Assembly (NCBI GenBank): GCA_965644295.1
Contig: CBFFRP010000070.1
Span: forward strand, 6,570 to 70,569
Length of the DNA stretch: 64,000 bases
Reading direction: 5' to 3'
DNA from: Paraphysomonas bandaiensis
Lineage: Eukaryota > Protista > Chrysophyceae
Shown here: piece after piece, positions 1 to 8,847 of the stretch
Position numbering within the stretch: position 1 is the first letter of the stretch
Layout of the letters: every line of letters starts with the position of its first letter
Notes under the pieces: generated by a model
Seen by the model: only the letters and a program-made list of their open reading frames with translations
Database searches by the model: none
What the model was told of the DNA's origin: nothing
Made by a program: the position numbers and the translations under genes

Positions 1-489
1 TCCACTTTGATTTTTACTGTGAGATTTCAGGATGGTGATGTCAGAGAAGTGCCTTATAGCAAGGACCTTTTTGACTCAGTGCCTTACGCGGACTTTTGTT
101 CCAGCAAACGGTACCTCTACCACCTGATTTATCCAGCGGAGGGTGCCAAGAAATATATCTCGGACATCCGACGCCAGTCTATCACTCAGTTCAAACCCGG
201 TGACCATGCATATGTTGACCTACGCATTTATGGCGACGTATGGTACGACGGACTGCAGTTACCAGACTCCCACTTACTGACCTATGTAGCTCCGATCCAG
301 TTCACACACTGGTATCATCGAAGCTCTAGGAGAGTATTATCCGTCAAGGATCTTCTCACTCTCCGCACTTACCGTTATGACAACTACCTCGTGCATTGTT
401 TCGTTCACCCTGAACTAGACACTAGCACTATGGTACTCGTCGACAAGGACTTGGCTACACGCTACCCTCAAGTCCTTGAGTCCGTTTAG
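1..489 (+). CDS. pol: Pol C-terminus (chromodomain-like module plus extra C-terminal domain), partial
   Basis: Matches the last ~160 aa of the 2667-6632 Pol. Confidence 0.95.
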   Translation, partial: STLIFTVRFQDGDVREVPYSKDLFDSVPYADFCSSKRYLYHLIYPAEGAKKYISDIRRQSITQFKPGDHAYVDLRIYGDVWYDGLQLPDSHLLTYVAPIQFTHWYHRSSRRVLSVKDLLTLRTYRYDNYLVHCFVHPELDTSTMVLVDKDLATRYPQVLESV

Positions 490-641
490 AGCACGGGACC
501 AATCAACTTACACGCGATCTTCCAACTCCAACGCTCCTCTGCTGCACCTTCGTTTTGATGGCTAATTTTTAGTTCCGTTGAAATTTGTGGGCCGCAGAGT
601 GACGCCCGTCTTCATCATTTCGCATAATACTTATATCAAAC

Positions 642-667
642 AAAAAAAAAAAAGGGAGGCGGGGCAA
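642..667 (+). other. Polypurine tract of gypsy copy 1 (copy 2: 6785-6810)
   Basis: A12-GGGAGGCGGGGCAA immediately before the TGTGAC LTR start. Confidence 0.85.
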
Positions 668-2027
668 TGTGACCACGTGGCATTTCACATGCCTCAGTCA
701 CGTGTCTATAGTAAGTGCAAAACTACTAACTACGGGATGAAGACAGAGACGATAGAAGTATCAGAAACATATCATTATTACGCTACAGATTACTGAAGAA
801 CTAGCACTAGGACTGGAGGTACAATTTCCCATAATCTGCCAACAGCTCTTCGCCGGCCGCAACTGCCCGAGTGGTCTGCACCCAGACCACGTCCAAGCCG
901 GACTCATCTACTACAAATTCGCAGTTGAAGCGCCAGCCAGCAGCATGGTCAGAAGGATACACCGTGTTTATATACCTACCATGATTATGAGGCACCCGGG
1001 CCAAATAAGCTTGGGACCCCAGCGGCCAAAGGTAACCTATGTCCCGAGTGTCCCGCTCCGCATCTATATAGAAGTCCTTAGCCATCTCAAGTATGTATGC
1101 TCCCCAGCTGGGACGGGAGGTATACACTTCACCGCTGTAGAGGCAGAAACGCAGTCCTAGCTCCAAATCCTGTAAGGAGAATAAACCTTGCTGTTCAGGC
1201 TTATCGCCCTGCGGGTTGGCAATGTTTAGGCCAGACCGGACTTCCACATAGGGATTCACTGTCCCACACCTCTGGTAGAAGTCCAACACGCACTGGCAGA
1301 CTTCACCTCTTGCATCATACGATGACGAGTGCAAGTAAGGAACAACTTTGCACAGTTGCCTATGTGCATCAAGTTGTCCCTCGGGGCATCGAACGGAGCG
1401 TTCCCACATACGCCTAGCAGCAGCCCTTTCACGGTAGGCATACCGATACCGATTGGACCTACGTAATAGAGAGCCCCGTCCCCTACGATTGCGAGGTTTA
1501 GGCTTAGTGGAGACCGCTGCTGGATCTGTAGTGGCAGACATTGTTTATGCAGCAATGGATATGATGTATGTATCTGATGTGGACATTGGTTCTTAGTCTG
1601 AGATAGTAGATGTAGGAAAAGCATCATACGGTATGCTGCACACTCACATACATGTTGGTCCATTGTAATACAGTAGCAGTACTCTGAATACGCAGTATTC
1701 AACGGCTAATTTACAAACTGGCGAGTGTGGTGTGTGGTGTCATCGCGAGTGTGGTGTGTTGTGCTTGTTCTATGTTGCATTGCTTTACAGCTCAGTGTTT
1801 TGTTAAGTGTTGTTCTGTTTGTACACTAGTGTTCTGACTTCACTGGAGGTGGGGTTTGCGCGGTGATTCTTGGAGGGAGTCACTAGTACAAGCTTGCAAC
1901 GCTTGACATACTGTTTAGAGTAATAATCATCCTGTTCTCCTGCAATCAGACGTACATATAGCTCTGGTTAACTCATTGTGTTTGTTTCTGCTGCACAGCC
2001 TTGGTTATCAAACCTGGCTGTGTCATA
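668..2027 (+). repeat. Gypsy LTR, 1360 bp (TGTGAC...GTCATA)
   Basis: Starts with TG after the PPT. Identity with 6811-8170 ends at GTCATA(C). Imperfect terminal inverted repeat TGTGAC/GTCATA. Confidence 0.9.
807..1541 (-). CDS. SET-domain protein (putative lysine methyltransferase), 244 aa, antisense inside the LTR
   Basis: SET motifs in order: QQGLFS (GxGxF), LYSGE (YxG), YIDA, GRYINT...FNC (RFINHxCxPN-like), GEELLADYG (GEELxxDY). Basic N-terminus KPKPRNRRGR. No post-SET cysteines. Confidence 0.85.
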   Translation of the reverse strand: MSATTDPAAVSTKPKPRNRRGRGSLLRRSNRYRYAYRERAAARRMWERSVRCPEGQLDAHRQLCKVVPYLHSSSYDARGEVCQCVLDFYQRCGTVNPYVEVRSGLNIANPQGDKPEQQGLFSLQDLELGLRFCLYSGEVYTSRPSWGAYILEMAKDFYIDAERDTRDIGYLWPLGSQAYLARVPHNHGRYINTVYPSDHAAGWRFNCEFVVDESGLDVVWVQTTRAVAAGEELLADYGKLYLQS

Positions 2028-2651
2028 CTGTTAGACCATTACCAGATCACGATTGCTTATAAACAGTTGCCCTTCAAAGCAACCGTGCAACATCAGGCGA
2101 AGTATGAGGAATACATGAAGCGCAAGCGTGAAATGTTTTCTAGACCTAAGCCTGGAGTGGCAAAGAATTCCACTAGCACCCACTCTTCTACCAGGTTATT
2201 TAACATGGAAGAGGAACAGGCTTCTTTTTCTTCAAATGAATTTTCTCATGATGAAGAAGATTTATGGGATGCCTATGGGGATACATGGAAAAGCAACAAC
2301 CACAGTACCGATGTTCCTACTGGCGGCAAACCTAATGGCGAGCCAGCGACCGAAACTTCTGAAGAGAAAGATACATCCGACTCAGAAGGAGCTTTGCAAG
2401 CTATGGATGGCCAGAATCCATCTCATAAACCCAAACAAGAGAAGTATGGGTGCATGAGAAAAATCATGTATGGCAAGTGCGACAAGAGTGATTGTCGTTA
2501 TAGCCATAATCCTAGAGCTCTCGCCAATACCGCTTCGGAATTGGCTGAGAAATCCCAAGCTTATTTGAAGACCACTTCTTCAACTTCGGGGTCTCAGGAT
2601 AAACCTCCTGCTATTTTAAGGAGAGATCGCTTCGGCGACTCTCGTCCTTGA
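2028..2651 (+). CDS. gag: Gag C-terminal part with CCCH-type zinc finger (5'-truncated at the LTR junction)
   Basis: Open frame upstream of pol; CMRKIMYGKCDKSDCRYSH (C-x8-C-x4-C-x3-H). Confidence 0.7.
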   Translation: MLDHYQITIAYKQLPFKATVQHQAKYEEYMKRKREMFSRPKPGVAKNSTSTHSSTRLFNMEEEQASFSSNEFSHDEEDLWDAYGDTWKSNNHSTDVPTGGKPNGEPATETSEEKDTSDSEGALQAMDGQNPSHKPKQEKYGCMRKIMYGKCDKSDCRYSHNPRALANTASELAEKSQAYLKTTSSTSGSQDKPPAILRRDRFGDSRP

Positions 2652-2666
2652 GATAAGGAGGTTAAC

Positions 2667-5600
2667 ATGATTGAGGACCTAGAAGAACATGTGATCAGTG
2701 TTTGTGATGGGAATGATGATTGTGATTATCTCCCAGAGGCTAAAACATTGAATACTACTTCTTCAAAGGTCCATTTCAAGGATGGAGCTAAGCTGTATGC
2801 TTCATATCCTTCAGCCAAGAAATTTTCATCAGCACATACTGTAGGTAGAGTAATTATAGACAAGAAGTTCGGAGTGGAAGAATTAGTGAAAGTTTTATGT
2901 GACACAGGAGCCCTATCCGCTAACTACGTAGCACGTGATCTTGTGGATAGATTGCGTACCAAGCTAGAACCTAGCAGGTTCTACAAGGTCAAACACCGTG
3001 TGGTTTTGGCAGACAGTAGAACCGTAAAGGATCTTGACGAAGGGGTTCGATTGAACTTAGTGTTTACCGATCCCAAGAGTCACACTTACCAGTACACTGG
3101 TGAGTTCATCGTGATCGACATGTCATCTAATGACATTATTTTGGGACTACCAGCCCTCACTGGGAAGCTATACCCTTTCATGTGTGCTGTCATGGAGCAG
3201 GCCCATGAGAATCATCTCGAAGATTCGGCTCAAGGGAACCATAATTTGAGTGCCCTACAAAATGAGGACATGGAATCCAGAGAGGAACACCGACGTCCCT
3301 GGAGTAAAGCGAATGATGCTATCGCTCCAGAAGATAACGAGACTGAGTTACCCGTTCAATTCAAAGATGCTTTGACATTCCTCGGAAAGTCTAGAGAGGA
3401 AGCTCTTAACGACTACTATGAACAAATAGAAACTCACGTCAGTCAGGAGATGAAACAAGAGACCAACATTATGGATCTCTTATCTTCCAAAGCTGAGAAG
3501 GTATTCGTGCCTGATGAGTGGACAGGAGTCCGAGGTGTTGACCCTTTGACTCTTAAGTGGAAAGAAACTTTACCTGAAAGAATGAAACCCAGAGCCAGGC
3601 CGATCAACCCTAAGCTCTGGGAAGCATCCGAAAAGGAGTTCAGGAGACTATGTGGTTATTTTTACCAGAAGAGCAGATCTCCTTGGGCTTCATGCTTGGT
3701 GGTTGCTCCCAAGGCTACTCCACCTTATATCCGATTCTGCGGGGATTATGTTAACATCAACAAGCACATGCAAGTGGGTAATTATACAATTCCCAATGTC
3801 AAGCATGAATTGGACAAGATCATCAATTTCCCATTGTATATGGACATCGACTTGACCAACGCTTTCCATCAGATACCTCTAGCGGAAGAAACATCAGAGA
3901 GGCTTTCTATCCAGACGCCATGGGGCCAATATGCGCCAAAGTTCATGCCAGAAGGTATTGCGCCGGCTACTGGAATTCTGCAAGAGGTAGTCAGGGAAAT
4001 ATTTGAAGATTTTTCTGACTGGGCCATTGTAATATTTGACAACATGTTGATATTGGCCAACGACCCTCAAGATGCGTATCAGAAATTTGAGAAAGTGATT
4101 GACAGATGCATCGAGAGGAATCTCAAACTGAAAATGCCAAAGAGTTGGCTTGGATTTAGAAAAGTAGACTTCTTCGGATACGTATGCAGACACAAATCCT
4201 ATGAAGTCAATCCTGAGAAGAAGGAAGCCCTAGGCAAAATCCCAATGCCTACCAACACCAAACAAGCGAGGTCTCTGCTTGGCAAGGGCGTGTTCTTTTC
4301 CAGTTTTACCCCTAGATATTCAGACTTGGTTGCTCATCTCACAGATTTGACCAAATCGAAATTCAATTGGGACAAGACTACGTGGCGGCACGATTATGAG
4401 GCTGAATATCGTCGCTTCATAAAAGGCCTGCAAGATTCCTGCGAATTGTTCTACCCAGACTACAATTTGGAGTGGACACTGCGTACTGACGCTAGTGAGC
4501 TAGGAATCGGCTCGGTGCTTCTGCAGAAAAAGATTCTCGCAGATGGAACAGAGCAGTTGCAACCCATTGCCTTCCTGTCAAAGAAGTTTTCAGCTCAGGC
4601 TCAGAAATGGGCTACGATAGAGCAAGAAGCTTATGGTATTTACTACAGTGTCAAGCACTTAGCGTACTATTTGATTGGGAAGCAGTTCACTATAGAGACT
4701 GACCACAATAATCTCTTGTGGATGGAGTCGTCTGAAGTACCTAAGATCACAAGATGGAGAATTTTCTTGCAATCTTTCAACTTCAGCATTAAACACATAT
4801 CGGGTGCCAAGAATTGGTTAGCCGATTGGTTATCTCGGGAGCATCAAGTTGCGGCGTTGTCCGGTATATTCTTAGATGAAGACTATGCCGATGCCTACTT
4901 CCTTGGAGAGGACTGCACTGAGGATGAATTTTTTAACTTCTTGGGCAATTTTATGAACCCAGAAGACAGGGAAGTATCTCCTCATGCGCAAAGTTCAGTC
5001 ACTCCCGAGGATGCCTTGCAACAAGTACATAATGCCCGAGTTGGACATCTCGGTGGGCGAGCCACTTGGATTCGACTTAATAAGCAATTCCCCGGCCATG
5101 GAATTCCTTACAAAGTAGTCGAAGACTTCATTGCGAAGTGTCCAAACTGTGTTAAGACTAGATTGGCGATGAAAGAAGCGCTGATCCCTATAGTCCGAAA
5201 CCTTAAGCCTCCGAGCGCTCGGAGTGCTATTGGTATTGATGCGGTAGAAATCACACCCCATGGTGCTGATGGATACACGCACATTAATGTCGTAGTCAAC
5301 CTGTTCACCAAGTTAGTTTATCTTGAGCCAGTCAAAGGAGTGACTGCCCTCAACTTGGCAAACACGGTATGGAAGTATTGGAGTTACTACGGACACACTG
5401 ATCTTATCATCTCAGATCAGGGTCCTGACCTAACTTCCGATCTTTTCAAACAACTGACTGAATATATGGGCGTCCGACACACCTTCAGCATAGCCAACAG
5501 GCATGCTAATGGTTGTGAACGCATCATCGGTGAGGTGGTCCGACATTTGCGTGCCCTAGTATATGAAAACAGCAAGCGTGTAGAACGAAAGGATGTTTTT

Positions 5601-6632
5601 GAGGATCCCAGCTGGATACCCAGCGCTCAATACATTCTGAATTCAGAAGTCTCATCCGAGACGGGGTACTCACCCTTTGAGCTCACTTTTGGCTCTAATG
5701 ATCTGGAATATTTAACTATGAATATACAGACTTTGCCTGAGCGTGCACACGCCAGACTGACTGCTCTTAATGAACAGTTAGAAGGCCTACGGGCGGCTTC
5801 CAAAACTTACCAGCAGCAGTTAGCGAGTGAACGTGCTGGGGAGGGAGTTCACCCGGACAAGCAGAACCGATATCAACCGGGCGACTTCATTTTATTTGAC
5901 AAAGGCGCCAAGGTTCATCCCAAGATGTCACATCGATACATGGGACCTTTTGTTGTTAAGACCCAGTACAAAAATGACATTGATTGTCAGCACCTTGCTA
6001 CAGGGCAAGTGGTACGTGTTTCAGTGACAGACGTCAAACTGTTTCCAGGTGATAGAGAAACTGCGTACAGCATGGCTCTACGAGACCAGGATCAGCATGT
6101 CATTGACAAGATTCTCTACTATCGGGGTGACAGAGAGTCACGCTCCACTTTGATTTTTACTGTGAGATTTCAGGATGGTGATGTCAGAGAAGTGCCTTAT
6201 AGCAAGGACCTTTTTGACTCAGTGCCTTACGCGGACTTTTGTTCCAGCAAACGGTACCTCTACCACCTGATTTATCCAGCGGAGGGTGCCAAGAAATATA
6301 TCTCGGACATCCGACGCCAGTCTATCACTCAGTTCAAACCCGGTGACCATGCATATGTTGACCTACGCATTTATGGCGACGTATGGTACGACGGACTGCA
6401 GTTACCAGACTCCCACTTACTGACCTATGTAGCTCCGATCCAGTTCACACACTGGTATCATCGAAGCTCTAGGAGAGTATTATCCGTCAAGGATCTTCTC
6501 ACTCTCCGCACTTACCGTTATGACAACTACCTCGTGCATTGTTTCGTTCACCCTGAACTAGACACTAGCACTATGGTACTAGTCGACAAGGACTTGGCTA
6601 CACGCTACCCTCAAGTCCTTGAGTCCGTTTAG
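2667..6632 (+). CDS. pol: Gypsy Pol: aspartic protease, RT, RNase H, integrase, chromodomain-like module and extra C-terminal domain
   Basis: PR LCDTGA. RT DLTNAFHQI, MPEG, IFDN. RH TDAS/EQE/TDH/LADWLSR. IN HHCC (H..GH..CPNC) plus D,D,E (GIDA, ISDQG, GCER). HVIDKILYYRG...FTVRF. Confidence 0.97.
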   Translation: MIEDLEEHVISVCDGNDDCDYLPEAKTLNTTSSKVHFKDGAKLYASYPSAKKFSSAHTVGRVIIDKKFGVEELVKVLCDTGALSANYVARDLVDRLRTKLEPSRFYKVKHRVVLADSRTVKDLDEGVRLNLVFTDPKSHTYQYTGEFIVIDMSSNDIILGLPALTGKLYPFMCAVMEQAHENHLEDSAQGNHNLSALQNEDMESREEHRRPWSKANDAIAPEDNETELPVQFKDALTFLGKSREEALNDYYEQIETHVSQEMKQETNIMDLLSSKAEKVFVPDEWTGVRGVDPLTLKWKETLPERMKPRARPINPKLWEASEKEFRRLCGYFYQKSRSPWASCLVVAPKATPPYIRFCGDYVNINKHMQVGNYTIPNVKHELDKIINFPLYMDIDLTNAFHQIPLAEETSERLSIQTPWGQYAPKFMPEGIAPATGILQEVVREIFEDFSDWAIVIFDNMLILANDPQDAYQKFEKVIDRCIERNLKLKMPKSWLGFRKVDFFGYVCRHKSYEVNPEKKEALGKIPMPTNTKQARSLLGKGVFFSSFTPRYSDLVAHLTDLTKSKFNWDKTTWRHDYEAEYRRFIKGLQDSCELFYPDYNLEWTLRTDASELGIGSVLLQKKILADGTEQLQPIAFLSKKFSAQAQKWATIEQEAYGIYYSVKHLAYYLIGKQFTIETDHNNLLWMESSEVPKITRWRIFLQSFNFSIKHISGAKNWLADWLSREHQVAALSGIFLDEDYADAYFLGEDCTEDEFFNFLGNFMNPEDREVSPHAQSSVTPEDALQQVHNARVGHLGGRATWIRLNKQFPGHGIPYKVVEDFIAKCPNCVKTRLAMKEALIPIVRNLKPPSARSAIGIDAVEITPHGADGYTHINVVVNLFTKLVYLEPVKGVTALNLANTVWKYWSYYGHTDLIISDQGPDLTSDLFKQLTEYMGVRHTFSIANRHANGCERIIGEVVRHLRALVYENSKRVERKDVFEDPSWIPSAQYILNSEVSSETGYSPFELTFGSNDLEYLTMNIQTLPERAHARLTALNEQLEGLRAASKTYQQQLASERAGEGVHPDKQNRYQPGDFILFDKGAKVHPKMSHRYMGPFVVKTQYKNDIDCQHLATGQVVRVSVTDVKLFPGDRETAYSMALRDQDQHVIDKILYYRGDRESRSTLIFTVRFQDGDVREVPYSKDLFDSVPYADFCSSKRYLYHLIYPAEGAKKYISDIRRQSITQFKPGDHAYVDLRIYGDVWYDGLQLPDSHLLTYVAPIQFTHWYHRSSRRVLSVKDLLTLRTYRYDNYLVHCFVHPELDTSTMVLVDKDLATRYPQVLESV

Positions 6633-6810
6633 AGCACGGGACCAATCAACTTACACGCGATCTTCCAACTCCAACGCTCCTCTGCTGCACCTTCGTTTTG
6701 ATGGCTAATTTTTAGTTCCGTTGAAATTTGTGGGCCGCAGAGTGACGCCCGTCTTCATCATTTCGCATAATACTTATATCAAACAAAAAAAAAAAAGGGA
6801 GGCGGGGCAA

Positions 6811-8170
6811 TGTGACCACGTGGCATTTCACATGCCTCAGTCACGTGTCTATAGTAAGTGCAAAACTACTAACTACGGGATGAAGACAGAGACGATAGAA
6901 GTATCAGAAACATATCATTATTACGCTACAGATTACTGAAGAACTAGCACTAGGACGGGAGGTACAATTTCCCATAATCTGCCAACAGCTCTTCGCCGGC
7001 CGCAACTGCCCGAGTGGTCTGCACCCAGACCACGTCCAAGCCGGACTCATCTACTACAAATTCGCAGTTGAAGCGCCAGCCAGCAGCATGGTCAGAAGGA
7101 TACACCGTGTTTATATACCTACCATGATTATGAGGCACCCGGGCCAAATAAGCTTGGGACCCCAGCGGCCAAAGGTAACCTATGTCCCGAGTGTCCCGCT
7201 CCGCATCTATATAGAAGTCCTTAGCCATCTCAAGTATGTATGCTCCCCAGCTGGGACGGGAGGTATACACTTCACCGCTGTAGAGGCAGAAACGCAGTCC
7301 TAGCTCCAAATCCTGTAAGGAGAATAAACCTTGCTGTTCAGGCTTATCGCCCTGCGGGTTGGCAATGTTTAGGCCAGACCGGACTTCCACATAGGGATTC
7401 ACTGTCCCACACCTCTGGTAGAAGTCCAACACGCACTGGCAGACTTCACCTCTTGCATCATACGATGACGAGTGCAAGTAAGGAACAACTTTGCACAGTT
7501 GCCTATGTGCATCAAGTTGTCCCTCGGGGCATCGAACGGAGCGTTCCCACATACGCCTAGCAGCAGCCCTTTCACGGTAGGCATACCGATACCGATTGGA
7601 CCTACGTAATAGAGAGCCCCGTCCCCTACGATTGCGAGGTTTAGGCTTAGTGGAGCCCGCTGCTGGATCTGTAGTGGCAGACATTGTTTATGCAGCAATG
7701 GATATGATGTATGTATCTGATGTGGACATTGGTTCTTAGTCTGAGATAGTAGATGTAGGAAAAGCATCATACGGTATGCTGCACACTCACATACATGTTG
7801 GTCCATTGTAATACAGTAGCAGTACTCTGAATACGCAGTATTCAACGGCTAATTTACAAACTGGCGAGTGTGGTGTGTGGTGTCATCGCGAGTGTGGTGT
7901 GTTGTGCTTGTTCTATGTTGCATTGCTTTACAGCTCAGTGTTTTGTTAAGTGTTGTTCTGTTTGTACACTAGTGTTCTGACTTCACTGGAGGTGGGGTTT
8001 GCGCGGTGATTCTTGGAGGGAGTCACTAGTACAAGCTTGCAACGCTTGACATACTGTTTAGAGTAATAATCATCCTGTTCTCCTGCAATCAGACGTACAT
8101 ATAGCTCTGGTTAACTCATTGTGTTTGTTTCTGCTGCACAGCCTTGGTTATCAAACCTGGCTGTGTCATA
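6811..8170 (+). repeat. Gypsy LTR, 1360 bp (3' LTR of copy 2)
   Basis: Two substitutions seen versus 668-2027. Confidence 0.9.
6950..7684 (-). CDS. SET-domain protein, second LTR copy (V10G and Q243P versus first)
   Basis: Same motifs as 807-1541. Confidence 0.85.
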   Translation of the reverse strand: MSATTDPAAGSTKPKPRNRRGRGSLLRRSNRYRYAYRERAAARRMWERSVRCPEGQLDAHRQLCKVVPYLHSSSYDARGEVCQCVLDFYQRCGTVNPYVEVRSGLNIANPQGDKPEQQGLFSLQDLELGLRFCLYSGEVYTSRPSWGAYILEMAKDFYIDAERDTRDIGYLWPLGSQAYLARVPHNHGRYINTVYPSDHAAGWRFNCEFVVDESGLDVVWVQTTRAVAAGEELLADYGKLYLPS

Positions 8171-8438
8171 CAATAGCTGGGAGGCGTCATAGTACAACAC
8201 TCAATTGAGGGGGAGTGTTGAGATCTGAAGATTCTATATACTTGCAATTGAGTGCAGTATTATGTGAGATGCAAGGATCGAAAGATATATATGTAATTAG
8301 TACATTATATTATGTAGTATGAAACTGAAGTAGAAGTGGATGACTATACAGGATACGATCACTGAGTGTGTGGTTTGTACACTATAGTAGTAAATGAATG
8401 GTGTTGAACACATCGAACACAACTTAGGTTCTTTATCA
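8171..8438 (+). mobile_element. Probable 3' end of a third Ty1/copia element (PPT plus ~220-bp 3' LTR 8216-8438) into which the gypsy inserted
   Basis: ATTGAGGGGGAG (like the PPTs of the two full copias) followed directly by TGTTG; candidate end ...TTTATCA. The partner LTR is not in the window. Confidence 0.55.
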
Positions 8439-8532
8439 TGTAATGTTTATAATTTCATCTTATCAGTTGAGAATAGTAAACCTTAGCAAATAATGTCAAC
8501 TTCTGTTACTGTGAGTCACAAACATATAGACA

Positions 8533-8847
8533 GCAGATAACGTTCTTCCCACTCAGAACAATAGTTGTGTGGTACAAGGAAAACTACAATATAAGTATAA
8601 AAGTGTCACTTGTGTAGACTTCTTGGGGCCTTGACGAATAAACAGGCATCCGGGACTGGGCCCACCTGAAGGGCATCCGGGGTATTGGGCTGCTTTTACT
8701 AAAGTCAAGCATCCCGGCTTTTCACCTTAATGACAGAGAGCGAAATTGGTTGCACCTTTTGGCGCTAAAAAGTAGGATATCAGAGTTAAGCACTAGGTAG
8801 TTAAATTGTATTACTAATTTATACACACCAATTGCTAGTAATAAGAC
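8533..8847 (+). repeat. Dispersed non-coding repeat family X (putative non-autonomous DNA transposon)
   Basis: Shares GAATAAACAGGCATCCGGG...GTCAAGCATCC...CACCTTAA...GATATCAGAGTT blocks with ~20960-22010 and 59760-60446; right-end block also at 53958-54090 (reverse). Confidence 0.7.

Larger units (their letters stand above)
1..2027 (+). mobile_element. Ty3/gypsy LTR retrotransposon, copy 1 (3' part: end of pol, PPT, 3' LTR); continues upstream of the window
   Basis: 1-2027 repeats 6144-8170 (offset 6143). Only 3 substitutions seen (438/6581, 814/6957, 1513/7656). Confidence 0.95.
2028..8170 (+). mobile_element. Ty3/gypsy LTR retrotransposon, copy 2 (gag C-terminus, full pol, PPT, 3' LTR)
   Basis: PR-RT-RH-IN order, PPT and 3' LTR present. 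No PBS or gag start after the upstream LTR. Confidence 0.95.

Noticed and set aside
945-1845. Other ORFs within the gypsy LTR (945-1160, 1097-1417, 1256-1702)
   Set aside because: They overlap the SET ORF in other frames and have no motifs
2654-2669. Perfect Shine-Dalgarno-like TAAGGAGGT 4 nt before the pol ATG
   Set aside because: The context is a eukaryotic nuclear retrotransposon and 18S rRNA has no anti-SD. The bases also encode a plausible D-K-E-V-N linker, so chance is likely.
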